From Treponemataceae bacterium (GTDB lineage Bacteria > Spirochaetota > Spirochaetia > Treponematales > Rectinemataceae): a stretch of 64,000 bases of DNA. This document shows, one piece after another, positions 26,284 through 35,888 of this stretch (the stretch's first letter is position 1; each line of letters starts with the position of its first letter). The notes beneath the pieces were generated by a model. The model did not search any database. It saw only the letters and a program-made list of their open reading frames with translations, and had not been told where the DNA came from. The position numbers and the translations under genes are program-made. Where the stretch lies: positions 313,181 to 377,180 of the forward strand of contig CAXXGJ010000025.1 in assembly GCA_963677895.2 (NCBI GenBank). The letters are read 5' to 3'.

Positions 26284-27432
26284 ATGACCTCCATCCTCAT
26301 CGTTTTCTTCATACTTCTCTTTCCCGCCCTGGCTCTTTTCGCCAAGGCAAGAGTCCCTCTTTTCGCCGGGTGGAGCATCCTCATCGTCTGCTACCTCACC
26401 GGCCTGATCCTGGGGAATTCGGGAATGCTTCCCGAATCGGCCGCGGGACTTCTCGACACCGTATCCACGGTGGCGGTTATCGTCTCGATCCCCCTCCTCC
26501 TCTATTCCGTCGACATAAAACAATGGAGAGCGCTTTCCGGAAAAGCCATTCTGGCCTTCGTCCTGGCCGGTTTTTCCATTGTCGTCGTATCCGCCGCCGT
26601 CCACTTCCTCTACGGATCGCGCGCGACCGAATCATGGAAGATCGCGGGCATGCTCGTCGGACTCTACACGGGAGGCACGCCGAACCTGGCCGCGATAAAA
26701 ACGGCGCTTGACGTGGACAGGAATGTGTATATCGCCGTGCATACGTCGGATATGGTGATGTCGGCGCTCTATATTCTGGCCGTGATGACGGTGGCCAAGC
26801 CAATCTTCTCGAAAATCATGCCCGTGATAGACTGGAATTCCGACGCGGTATCGGCCGAAGGCATCGGAGCCGAAGCCCGTCTGGAGGATTTTTTCGCCAG
26901 GCCGGTGCGGTACAGGCTGCTCGGAGCCCTTGGGCTGACCGTCGCCATCGTGGGTCTTTCGCTTGGGCTTTCGCTTCTCTTCCCCTCCGATTTCCAGACG
27001 ATGATCGTGATTCTCGCCGTGACGAGCGCGGCCCTGGCGGCTTCCCTCATCCCTCGGGTGCGTTCGATTCCCATGACATTCCAGGCGGGCGAATATTTTC
27101 TTTACGTTTTCTGCATCGCCGTGGGAGCGATGGGCGATTTCAAGACGCTGCTTTCGGGAGCGCCCACCTATCTCATCTACGTAACGTTATGTCTCTTCGG
27201 CGCCTTCCTGCTTCATGCTCTTCTATGCGCCATTTTCAGGATCGACGTCGATACGATGCTCATCGTTTCCACGTCCGCGATCTGCTCGCCTCCCTTCGTG
27301 GGAGTGGTAGCGGTAGCGCTCAAGGCGAGAAAATTGATTGTGCCCGGCATAACGACAGGCATCATCGGATACGCCGTGGGCAATTATCTCGGCGTCGCGC
27401 TCGCCGAACTGCTCCACTCCTTGGGCGGCTGA
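26284..27432 (+). CDS. DUF819-like multi-pass membrane protein
   Basis: About 12 TM segments, YTGGTPN and GIIGYAVGNY, with an AGGAG SD. Confidence 0.8.
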   Translation: MTSILIVFFILLFPALALFAKARVPLFAGWSILIVCYLTGLILGNSGMLPESAAGLLDTVSTVAVIVSIPLLLYSVDIKQWRALSGKAILAFVLAGFSIVVVSAAVHFLYGSRATESWKIAGMLVGLYTGGTPNLAAIKTALDVDRNVYIAVHTSDMVMSALYILAVMTVAKPIFSKIMPVIDWNSDAVSAEGIGAEARLEDFFARPVRYRLLGALGLTVAIVGLSLGLSLLFPSDFQTMIVILAVTSAALAASLIPRVRSIPMTFQAGEYFLYVFCIAVGAMGDFKTLLSGAPTYLIYVTLCLFGAFLLHALLCAIFRIDVDTMLIVSTSAICSPPFVGVVAVALKARKLIVPGITTGIIGYAVGNYLGVALAELLHSLGG

Positions 27433-28664
27433 GCCGCCATTTCGGCGAAAGCTTCGCCCGCGGCCTCGAGCGTCATTTCGATGTCGCGTTCGGTGTGGGC
27501 GAGCGAGATGAACCAATTGTGGTGAGGATGCATGAAGACGCCGCGATCGGCCATCGCCGCGCAAAACCGCTGGTTCAGGTAGAGATCGGGATCCTCGTCA
27601 AAGGTGAGGTAGGGAATGGCGAGGGGGCCCGAGACGCGGGCGCCGAAACCGGCGGATCTGCCCAGGCTTTCGAGGCCTTCCTTGAGCGAGGCTCCCAGTT
27701 TTTCCAGCCGCGGGACGCCGCCCATCCTCTCCATTTCGTCCATGGCGGCCATGGCGGCTATCATGGGCCCCGCCGACATCCAGTATGTGCCGGTGATGAA
27801 AAAGCCCGAAGCGGCCTTGGCTAGATCCTTGCCGCCCAGAAGGACAGAGAGGGGATAGCCGTTCGCCATCGCCTTTCCCATCGTCACCATATGGGGATGG
27901 GCGCCGAAGCGGACATGGCTGCCCCTCGCGTCCAGCCGGAAATTAGCTCGTATGTCGTCCATGATGAAAAGGGCGCCCTCGGACGCGCAGAGCCGCTCCA
28001 CGGCGGGGAAGAATTCTGGCGAAGGCAGCTGCTGAGGCTTGAACGTCGGATGGTGGTAAGGCGTCAGGATGACCGTGGCGATCTTCCCTCTGTAACGCGC
28101 AAAAAGCTCTTCCAGGCCGGCGATATCGTTGTAGTCGAAAAAAGCGACGTTTCGCTGTTCCTCCTCGGCGAAGACGGGGAAAACGTTGCTCGAACACCAA
28201 TTGGCCGCTCCGTGGTAGGCTCCTTCGGCCGCGATGACAATCTGCTTGCCCGTTTCCGCCCTGGCGAGGGAGACGGCGAGCGTCGTCATGTCGGTGCCGT
28301 TCTTCGAGAATACGGCCCAATCCATGCCCGCGACCGTGGCGACGAGACGTTCGGCCAGTTCCACCATGACGGGATGAGGCTGATTCAGCAAGTCTCCTCG
28401 GGCTATCTGGGCAAGCGCGGGACCGTCCACCCGCGGGTTGCCGTAGCCCACGATCTGGCTTCCATAACCGCAGAGATAATCAATGAATTCATTGCCGTCG
28501 ATATCCCTGATCCGGCAGCCCGACGCGCCCTCGAGATAATACGGGAAATGGCCGGGAACGAGAAATCCGGGGCTCTTGGAGCCATAGATTCCGCCGGGAA
28601 TGACGCGGGAAGCGCGTTCGAAGTAGGCGAGCGAGTTCTTGAATTTTCCTGACGAAGCGTTCAT
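27384..28664 (-). CDS. Class-III PLP aminotransferase, FumI/GSAM-like
   Basis: RVIPGG, KNGTD, AYHGA, DDIRANFR, GKAMANGYP (PLP Lys) and HPHHNWF. Confidence 0.88.
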   Translation of the reverse strand: MNASSGKFKNSLAYFERASRVIPGGIYGSKSPGFLVPGHFPYYLEGASGCRIRDIDGNEFIDYLCGYGSQIVGYGNPRVDGPALAQIARGDLLNQPHPVMVELAERLVATVAGMDWAVFSKNGTDMTTLAVSLARAETGKQIVIAAEGAYHGAANWCSSNVFPVFAEEEQRNVAFFDYNDIAGLEELFARYRGKIATVILTPYHHPTFKPQQLPSPEFFPAVERLCASEGALFIMDDIRANFRLDARGSHVRFGAHPHMVTMGKAMANGYPLSVLLGGKDLAKAASGFFITGTYWMSAGPMIAAMAAMDEMERMGGVPRLEKLGASLKEGLESLGRSAGFGARVSGPLAIPYLTFDEDPDLYLNQRFCAAMADRGVFMHPHHNWFISLAHTERDIEMTLEAAGEAFAEMAAQPPKEWSSSASATPR

Positions 28665-29509
28665 TTTTCTTCCTTCCGAACAGGGATGGCCAGATACCAG
28701 GACAACCTGTCCAGCACGGCGAACAGCCCCTGGACGAGAGGAAGGAGGCCGGCGACGGCTACCTCTCCCGCGCCGAGGGCGACGACAGCCTGGCGTTTGC
28801 CCGACAGGACGGTGACGGCCGCTTCGGGGCTGGAGAACGCGAGGACGGCGTCGTCGCTCGGCGCTTTTCCGCTCGGCCTTGTCGCGCTCGGCGCTTTTCC
28901 GCTCGGACCTTCGGCGAGCACCGCGATCGTCCGGCCTTTCTTTTCAAGCCTGAAGATGGCGCTTCCGGCTTCGATCCTGACTATTCCATCGGGAAAATGA
29001 CGCATGCGTTTTTCGAGATAAGGATCGCCCGCGACGGCGGCGAGGCCATGGGCGGTAGCCGCGAGGAGCAGCCTGGCTTTCGCCTGAGGCGTCGTATCGG
29101 CGGAACGGAGCAGCTCGGGAGCCCGGCCCGCGGCTGCCTTGAAAAAACGCAGCGCCCGGAAAAAACCCGGACCGAAGGGCAGCGGAAGTATCATGCCCCG
29201 GCCGCCGGCGAGAGCGCGCGAACAGGAGCGGGCATCCGGAAAAACCAACATGCCGCCGGGCGCGGTCCAGCCCCCCTCCGGCGGTCTTCCGCCGAATCCA
29301 GCGGTGACGCGGCCGCCTGCGCAGATCAACCATGCTTTTTCACCGATGCCAGGAACCGCGAGCGACAAGCTGAAAGACGCCTCGCACAGTTCAGCCAGCC
29401 CTTTATCCATCGCGGCGGCCTCGGCCACGAGATGGGCGGTCACGGAAAGCCTGATTCTGGCGAGCGTTGACGCTTCTTCGCGCGACAGCGATTCGATGCT
29501 GATTTTCAT
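28661..29509 (-). CDS. Hypothetical protein with a putative SCP2-like lipid-binding domain
   Basis: C-terminal LAFSSPEAAVTVLSGK..AVVALGAGEVAVAG pattern and ATGA overlap with the aminotransferase. The start could be 29521. Confidence 0.55.
   Translation of the reverse strand: MKISIESLSREEASTLARIRLSVTAHLVAEAAAMDKGLAELCEASFSLSLAVPGIGEKAWLICAGGRVTAGFGGRPPEGGWTAPGGMLVFPDARSCSRALAGGRGMILPLPFGPGFFRALRFFKAAAGRAPELLRSADTTPQAKARLLLAATAHGLAAVAGDPYLEKRMRHFPDGIVRIEAGSAIFRLEKKGRTIAVLAEGPSGKAPSATRPSGKAPSDDAVLAFSSPEAAVTVLSGKRQAVVALGAGEVAVAGLLPLVQGLFAVLDRLSWYLAIPVRKEEK
28855..28906. repeat. In-frame 30-bp-period duplication
   Basis: CGCTCGGCGCTTTTCCGCTCGG at 28855 and 28885, encoding PSGKAPS twice. Confidence 0.9.
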
Positions 29510-29634
29510 TGACTTCCTCACCTCCAGCGATGATAGCTGATCCCCTGCCTGAACGGAAGAGCCGGCGGATCCCGATATATACCCGATCTTCCCGCCGGCG
29601 CATTATCAGGCTATAGTAACGAAGGGAGTATGCA

Positions 29635-30966
29635 ATGCCAGATTTCACCATCGAGACGCTGGGAAACTGTTCGCTCGATTCGCCCATCGGATTGTCGACG
29701 ACCATGGGCGATGGGGTTCCCAACTTCGTTTCCGAAAACCGGCTCATCCGTTACAGAATAGACGCGATGCCAGGCGATCAGCCCCCTGTCGAGAGGAAGG
29801 ACCTCCTCGAGGTTGCCGGACCAAGACAGAAAATCTATTTCAGCCCTTCCCATGTCCATGCGGGCATCATCACCTGCGGAGGCCTTTGTCCAGGGCTCAA
29901 CGATGTCATAAGGGCCATCGTCCGCAGCCTCTGGTACCTCTACGGAGTGCGCCGCGTCACCGGCATCCGCTACGGCTACAAGGGCCTGCTCCCCGACTAC
30001 GGCTACGACGTCGTCCACCTCAGCCCGGAAGTCGTGGATGACATCCATAAAATCGGGGGAACCCTGCTCGGCACTTCGCGCGGCGGCGGGGAACGCACTT
30101 CGGAAATCGTCGATACGATCGAACAGCTGAACCTGAATATCCTTTTCGCCATAGGCGGCGACGGCACGCAGAAGGGAGCCCTCGCCATAGCCAAAGAAAT
30201 CGAAAAACGCCACCTCAAGATCGCCATAGTAGGAATCCCGAAGACGGTGGACAACGACATCGAGTTCGTCGAAAAAACCTTCGGGTTCGATACGGCCGTG
30301 GTCAAGGCATCGGAAGCGGTAGCGGCCGCCCATATGGAAGCCCATTCCCAGATCAACGGCATCGGCCTCGTCAGGCTCATGGGACGCGATTCCGGATTCA
30401 TAGCGGTGCATACCGTGCTTGCCGTCCACGAAGCCAATTTCGTCCTCATACCTGAAGTTCCTTTCGATCTGAAAGGAACTTCAGGGCTCCTCGCCGCCAT
30501 CGAACGAAGACTCGCGAGGCGAGGCCATGCCGTCATCGTCGTGGCCGAAGGAGCGGGCCAGGAACTTTTCGCCGGGCAGACCGGCGCCGACGCTTCCGGA
30601 AACAAGAAGTTATGCGATATTGGACTTCTCCTCAAGGAAAAGATCCAGGAATATTTCGACGCGAGGAAAATGGAAATAAACCTCAAATACATAGACCCCA
30701 GCTATATGATCCGCGCCGCGACCGCCGAACCCATAGACTCCATGTACTGCGAGCGGCTCGGCAACAACGCCGTCCATGCCGCCTTGGCGGGAAAGACGAA
30801 GCTCATCATCGGCCTCGTCAACAATGAGTTCGTACACATCCCCATGGAGGAGGCGATTTCCAGGCGGAAGCTCGTCGATCCCGAAGGCAGCCTATGGAGG
30901 GACGCGGTGGAAGCGACGCAACAGCCCCTCAGCCTGAAAAACCAGGACGCGGGACAACAGCCATGA
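29635..30966 (+). CDS. pfkA: ATP-dependent 6-phosphofructokinase (clade X type)
   Basis: [26 protein letters not shown] and YIDPSY. Confidence 0.93.
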   Translation: MPDFTIETLGNCSLDSPIGLSTTMGDGVPNFVSENRLIRYRIDAMPGDQPPVERKDLLEVAGPRQKIYFSPSHVHAGIITCGGLCPGLNDVIRAIVRSLWYLYGVRRVTGIRYGYKGLLPDYGYDVVHLSPEVVDDIHKIGGTLLGTSRGGGERTSEIVDTIEQLNLNILFAIGGDGTQKGALAIAKEIEKRHLKIAIVGIPKTVDNDIEFVEKTFGFDTAVVKASEAVAAAHMEAHSQINGIGLVRLMGRDSGFIAVHTVLAVHEANFVLIPEVPFDLKGTSGLLAAIERRLARRGHAVIVVAEGAGQELFAGQTGADASGNKKLCDIGLLLKEKIQEYFDARKMEINLKYIDPSYMIRAATAEPIDSMYCERLGNNAVHAALAGKTKLIIGLVNNEFVHIPMEEAISRRKLVDPEGSLWRDAVEATQQPLSLKNQDAGQQP

Positions 30967-32873
30967 AAAAACCGACTCCGACGCGGAAACTGGCCGGAGC
31001 CGCCGCAAAAAAAGCGATTGTCGTCGGCGCTGGCCTTTCCGGGCTGACCGCCGCGGCCCTCCTCGCGGAGCGAGGGCTGGAGGTCACCGTCGTCGAACAG
31101 TGCGACAGACCGGGCGGCGCCGCTTCAGCCTTCCGCCGCGGAGACATCACCTTCGACATCGGCGCCGCCATGATGTTCGGTTTCGGCGAGCGGGGCTTCA
31201 ATCCCCACAACTGGCTCATGACCGAGCTGGGCGAGCCCATCGACATGTACAGGCACGAAGCCATGTACAGGCTTTTTTACGGCGACAGCCCCATAACCTT
31301 CCATGCCGACAGGGAACTCTTCATCCGCGAACTGGAAGGGCTGTTCCCTCGGGCGGGAGAGGAGATCAGGGCCTTCTACGACTACATAGGCGGCCTTTAC
31401 GAAAAAGTCATAGCGCCGGTGAGCGTATTCGAGGCGCCCAACGACATGCCTCTCTCCGAAATGCGCCGGAACGCGAAAAACGGCCTCAAGGCCCAGCTCA
31501 CCATGGTCGGGCTGCTTTTCCGGAACGCCGAATCCGTGATGCGGCCCTTCATTCACGATCCCCAGGCGAGGGCCTTCTTCGACAAACTAACCTCGACCTA
31601 TTGCTACACGACGATCAGGGAGACGCCGGCCATCCTCGCCGCGACCATGTTCATAGACAACCATGTGGGCGGCGCCTATTATCCGGCCGGCTCGGCGATG
31701 GCCCTGAGCTCGCGCCTCGAAAAGGCGATCGAGGCGAGGGGCGGCCGCTTTCTCTACAGGACCAAGGCGAAAAAAGTCCTGGGCGAAGCCGGCGGGATCA
31801 CGGGCATCGCGACGGAGAGCGGCGAGGAACTCAAGGCCGACCTCGTGCTTTTCGCGGGCTCTCTCAGGGCCTTCGCGGGGTCCATGGACCCCGACAATCT
31901 CCTTCCCCGGCGCTGGAAAGAAAAGATCCTGGGACTCGAGATGACCATGCCGAGCTTCGTCGTCTATGGCACGGTCAAAAAAGCGGCGCTGCCGGCGGAC
32001 GCGATGCCCGTGCAGATGTTCGTCGACAACAGGGAAGCGCTCGACGAGGGCGACGTGACCCTCTACCTCCCCTCGCTCGAAGACCCCTCCCTCGCCCCGC
32101 CCGAGCTCTCCACCTTCCTCATTATAGGCCCTTCGATGAGGACATGGCCCGAGCCCAAATCTCCCGACTACGGCGACAAGGCCTATGTACTGGCGAAAAA
32201 GGCCGAGGCTGACAGGATGCTCGCCCTCGTCGAGCGCCGAATGCCGGGTTTCATCGCGGGAATCGAGGGAAGAATCGAGGCAAGCCCCACGACGATCTGG
32301 CGATATCTGGGAAAAACCGGTGGCAGCGTCGCCGGACCCAAACAGAAAATGGGCCAGCACCTTCTCCTCCGCCAAGGCTCCCGCGGGCCGGTTCCGGGTC
32401 TCTACTTCGCCGGCGAGTCCACCGTGATGGGCACGGGTACGCCGGCCGTGACCGTTTCGGGCATCTCTGCGGCCAACAGGATACTGCGCACGCTGGGACT
32501 CCAGGCCTTTTCGTCAGGCAAAAAGGCGTTCTCCTCGGTGCGGATCATCCCAAAAGGAAGCAGGGGCAACCTGCCTGTCGGCGAGGCAGCCGCGCTATCG
32601 TCGCGGTGCCGGTGGTGCGAAAAGGCGCCCTGCGCGGCCGCCTGCCCCGCCCGTTTCGACATTCCGGGCATCATGCGCAGGATGGAAGCGAACAACATCG
32701 TCGGAGCCGGCAGGCAGCTCGCCGGTCCCGCCGGAACCCGGACATTGGGGACAAGCTGCGCCGACTGCGCCGCCGATATAAAAAACAAGCCGCCTTGCGA
32801 GGCGGCCTGCATAAGGAGAAATAGCGCGGAAGGACCAGTGTCGATTTCGCGTGTTATCGCGTCTTTGTCTTGA
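30963..32873 (+). CDS. Phytoene desaturase/RetSat-like FAD oxidoreductase with a C-terminal Fe-S domain
   Basis: GAGLSG...[21 protein letters not shown], and 8 C-terminal Cys. ATGA overlap with pfk. Confidence 0.82.
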   Translation: MKKPTPTRKLAGAAAKKAIVVGAGLSGLTAAALLAERGLEVTVVEQCDRPGGAASAFRRGDITFDIGAAMMFGFGERGFNPHNWLMTELGEPIDMYRHEAMYRLFYGDSPITFHADRELFIRELEGLFPRAGEEIRAFYDYIGGLYEKVIAPVSVFEAPNDMPLSEMRRNAKNGLKAQLTMVGLLFRNAESVMRPFIHDPQARAFFDKLTSTYCYTTIRETPAILAATMFIDNHVGGAYYPAGSAMALSSRLEKAIEARGGRFLYRTKAKKVLGEAGGITGIATESGEELKADLVLFAGSLRAFAGSMDPDNLLPRRWKEKILGLEMTMPSFVVYGTVKKAALPADAMPVQMFVDNREALDEGDVTLYLPSLEDPSLAPPELSTFLIIGPSMRTWPEPKSPDYGDKAYVLAKKAEADRMLALVERRMPGFIAGIEGRIEASPTTIWRYLGKTGGSVAGPKQKMGQHLLLRQGSRGPVPGLYFAGESTVMGTGTPAVTVSGISAANRILRTLGLQAFSSGKKAFSSVRIIPKGSRGNLPVGEAAALSSRCRWCEKAPCAAACPARFDIPGIMRRMEANNIVGAGRQLAGPAGTRTLGTSCADCAADIKNKPPCEAACIRRNSAEGPVSISRVIASLS

Positions 32874-33624
32874 GGCGAAGATAGACCTGTTTGCCTGAAT
32901 CGGTGGGGCTCGCCCTCTCGTCGATCTCGAAGAGACCCGATGCCTTTATGAGGTCGCCCAGCTTCCTGAAACCATAGTTGCGGGGGTCGAATTCGGGTTG
33001 CCTGTTCGCGATATAGGTGCCGACGGCGCCGAGGTAAGCCCAGCCGAATTCGTCGGCCGCGTCCTCGACGGCGCTTTCCAGCAGGGCTTTCATCCTGCGG
33101 TCCGTCTTGATGTCGCTCTGGCTCTGGGTGCGGGACTGAGCGTCCTTTTCCTTCGTGGCTTCCTTTTCCCCTTCGTCCTCGCGCAGAATTTCGGTATAGA
33201 TGAACTTGTCGCAGGCTGCCACGAAGGGCTTGGGCGTCTTGCGCTGCCCGAAGCCGAGAACCAGTTTCCCGTCCTCCCTGAGCCTCGCCGCCAGCCGCGT
33301 GAAATCGGAGTCGCTCGACACGACGCAGAATCCGTCCAGGCTCTCGGTATAGAGAAGATCCATGGCATCGATGATCATCGCGCTGTCCGTGGAATTCTTT
33401 CCCTGTGTGTAGGAAAACTGCTGCACGGGCTGGATGGCGAACTCGAGGAGCTTGTCCTTCCAGGAACGCAGGTTCGTGTTGGTCCAGTCGCCGTAGATTC
33501 TCTTGACGCTGGCCACGCCGTATTTGGCCACCTCGGCCAGAAGGCCTTCTATGATCTTGGCCTGTGTATTGTCCGCGTCTATGAGTACCGCCAGCTTAAG
33601 CTGGCTCTGTTCGCTTTTCATCAT
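32854..33624 (-). CDS. NYN (LabA/DUF88) PIN-like nuclease with a C-terminal OST-HTH/LOTUS domain
   Basis: IDADN, YGDW, GKNSTD..MIIDAMD, SSDSDF and FDPRNYGF. Confidence 0.92.
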   Translation of the reverse strand: MMKSEQSQLKLAVLIDADNTQAKIIEGLLAEVAKYGVASVKRIYGDWTNTNLRSWKDKLLEFAIQPVQQFSYTQGKNSTDSAMIIDAMDLLYTESLDGFCVVSSDSDFTRLAARLREDGKLVLGFGQRKTPKPFVAACDKFIYTEILREDEGEKEATKEKDAQSRTQSQSDIKTDRRMKALLESAVEDAADEFGWAYLGAVGTYIANRQPEFDPRNYGFRKLGDLIKASGLFEIDERASPTDSGKQVYLRLKTKTR

Positions 33625-35888
33625 TCTTCTCCTAAAAGGAAGCCTTTGTGCAGGCTGACCTGCATCACCGAACCGACCCGGATCGAAATGGGGGCGCCGC
33701 TCGCCACGTCCTCACCCTCGAGCACGTAGTCCTTCTCGGTTTTCCGAAGGTTCACCGGCCTCACGGCCACGGTTCTTATCTCGCCTTCGATCGCCCATCG
33801 TATATCGAGCCTTGAATACTTGGCTTTGAGAGCGGCCTGGATGACGCGCACTTTTCCGTTGAAATCCAGTCCGCGCGCGGAAAGCCCGGCTTCGGAATAC
33901 CTCGCGACATGACCTGTTTTGGAGTCCGCGGTTTCCGATCCAACCATAGCATGGAGTTGGGGAAGGGTATAGATCAGTTTGCGCTTCAGCCTTTCCTCGA
34001 GTCTTTTCCTGAATTCGGGGGTGATGGGAAGCCTGGATATCTCGGAAACCAGAAGAGGTTCCGGATCGATGGCCTCATCGGCCGCGAAGGCCAATGCGCC
34101 TGGCTCGGCGAAATCCATGGTCGCCCCGAGGTTCCCGAAATCGGCCTCTGAAACCGCGTCATGCGTTTCGCGCGCGATGTCGCCATGCGCCGCGTCGTTA
34201 TGCGCCAGGTCGCCCTGCACCGAGTCGCCGCGCGCCGCGTTGCCGTCATGAGAAGGAGTGACCCCAGGACCTCCCGGCGCGCGGCGGCTCTTCCCCGAAG
34301 CCGCCTTCGCCGAGCTGCGCATCGCCGGTGGAGGCAAGCCGATATCGATCAGGGCCTTCTCGATGATCGAAGCCTGTATCGTACCGAAAAAATAAATCCC
34401 CTCGCCCAGCATCTCGTGGGGAAACCGCGAAAGCGTCCCGCTCTGCTCGATGATCTTGGCCGAGCTTTTATCGGCCGAAAGCACATACCCGCGGAAAAGC
34501 CTTATGGAATTATACTCCTCTTCCCAGGCGCGGATATCGAAACTGAGAGCTTGCGGAACAGGCATGCCGCTCATCCTTCCAAGCATGCGCTCGATATCCT
34601 CTATGGACCGGCCGGAAGCGAAAGCCCTCCTGATCGAAGCGCGCGTCAAGGTAATTTCCCAGGCTCCCGACGCCGCGACCAGGATCCCTATGTCGAGCAA
34701 CGCGACGATGTCGCGGATGGAAGCGGAAGGAAGGATGTGGATGAGACCGGAACCATCGACGGAGATCGCGGCGTGGGCATCCTCCGAGACCGCTCGCCAT
34801 TGAACCGACAATCTCTCGGGTACGCACTGGAGCCCGCCTTCCGTTTCCTCAAGGAGACCGAAAGTCCTGAGGGCAGCCGCGACGGCCTCGGAAAACTCAT
34901 CGGAAACGTTGCCGTTCGGCAGCAGACGTATGAACCTGCCAAGCCCCGAGGGAGAGAAGGAAAAACGCTTCCCGAAGAAAGGAGCGAAGGACTGCGCCAG
35001 CATGCCGCTCTGCGTGGCGCCCGGATTCCCGGCCGTCAGGCCGACGAGGGCAAAAGCGAAATCGCCCGAATGCGAAACAAGCAGCTCGGAAAAAGCCTTG
35101 AAATCCGCGGACATCCCATGTTCGTCCCTCGAGGCGATCTTCGCGGCCAAAAGCGCGTGGATAATCGCTTCCACGATGCCGGCGCCGGCGGGATCGCCCG
35201 GAAAAAGAACCGAGAGCCTTTTCCTGGCGCGAATCGAGAGCTGGCCGCTCTTCAGGAGAATATCGCGGTACTCCTTCAGAAGGGCGTAGGTTATAAGCCC
35301 CAAATCCTGCACCGAAAGCAGCGCGGGCGGCGGCCCCTCGCGGAGGAATTCCCGCGCCTCGGCGGCCATCCCCGACCCGGCTTTCCCCGACTCGGCCCCC
35401 TCCGTATCGCCCCCCCACATCCGCCGCTCCCCGGAATCGGTTCCGAAAAGAATGTCGGCGCGCGCTGCGCCCGCCCGCGCGGCCGCGGAAAAGAAAGGAT
35501 TCACCGCGTAGATATTTTCCTTCACGCTGAAAATGAGCAGCCGCTCGCCCAGGTTCGCCAGCCTGTAGTCCAGCTCGTGGTAGGAAACCTCCCCCGCGAG
35601 GCTTTTCTGCAGCAAAAGCCTGTCGGCCTCGCCGGCCACGTAAATCGTCCCCACGATGAGCTTGTCGAGCCTGTCCATCATGGCCACGGCGGCGCGCTGG
35701 ACATCGGGAGCCGACAGCATGGCGCCAAGGCTGCTGACAATCTTTTCCTTGTCCGCGGCGACGCGTTCGCTCTGTCCCAGATAATTGCGGGCGAGCCCCT
35801 GGAGCCGGCCCGCGTTGTCGTTGAGCATCGTCTCGCGCCACTGAGCGACCCACATTTCATTCATAGTATCGATATTCACTATTTTCAC
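33621..35888 (-). CDS. XPB-associated protein (helicase_C_3-like domain, WYL-like C-terminus)
   Basis: WEITLTRASIRRAF...VPQALSFDIRAW motif and GTGA overlap with XPB. Confidence 0.7.
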   Translation of the reverse strand: MKIVNIDTMNEMWVAQWRETMLNDNAGRLQGLARNYLGQSERVAADKEKIVSSLGAMLSAPDVQRAAVAMMDRLDKLIVGTIYVAGEADRLLLQKSLAGEVSYHELDYRLANLGERLLIFSVKENIYAVNPFFSAAARAGAARADILFGTDSGERRMWGGDTEGAESGKAGSGMAAEAREFLREGPPPALLSVQDLGLITYALLKEYRDILLKSGQLSIRARKRLSVLFPGDPAGAGIVEAIIHALLAAKIASRDEHGMSADFKAFSELLVSHSGDFAFALVGLTAGNPGATQSGMLAQSFAPFFGKRFSFSPSGLGRFIRLLPNGNVSDEFSEAVAAALRTFGLLEETEGGLQCVPERLSVQWRAVSEDAHAAISVDGSGLIHILPSASIRDIVALLDIGILVAASGAWEITLTRASIRRAFASGRSIEDIERMLGRMSGMPVPQALSFDIRAWEEEYNSIRLFRGYVLSADKSSAKIIEQSGTLSRFPHEMLGEGIYFFGTIQASIIEKALIDIGLPPPAMRSSAKAASGKSRRAPGGPGVTPSHDGNAARGDSVQGDLAHNDAAHGDIARETHDAVSEADFGNLGATMDFAEPGALAFAADEAIDPEPLLVSEISRLPITPEFRKRLEERLKRKLIYTLPQLHAMVGSETADSKTGHVARYSEAGLSARGLDFNGKVRVIQAALKAKYSRLDIRWAIEGEIRTVAVRPVNLRKTEKDYVLEGEDVASGAPISIRVGSVMQVSLHKGFLLGEE

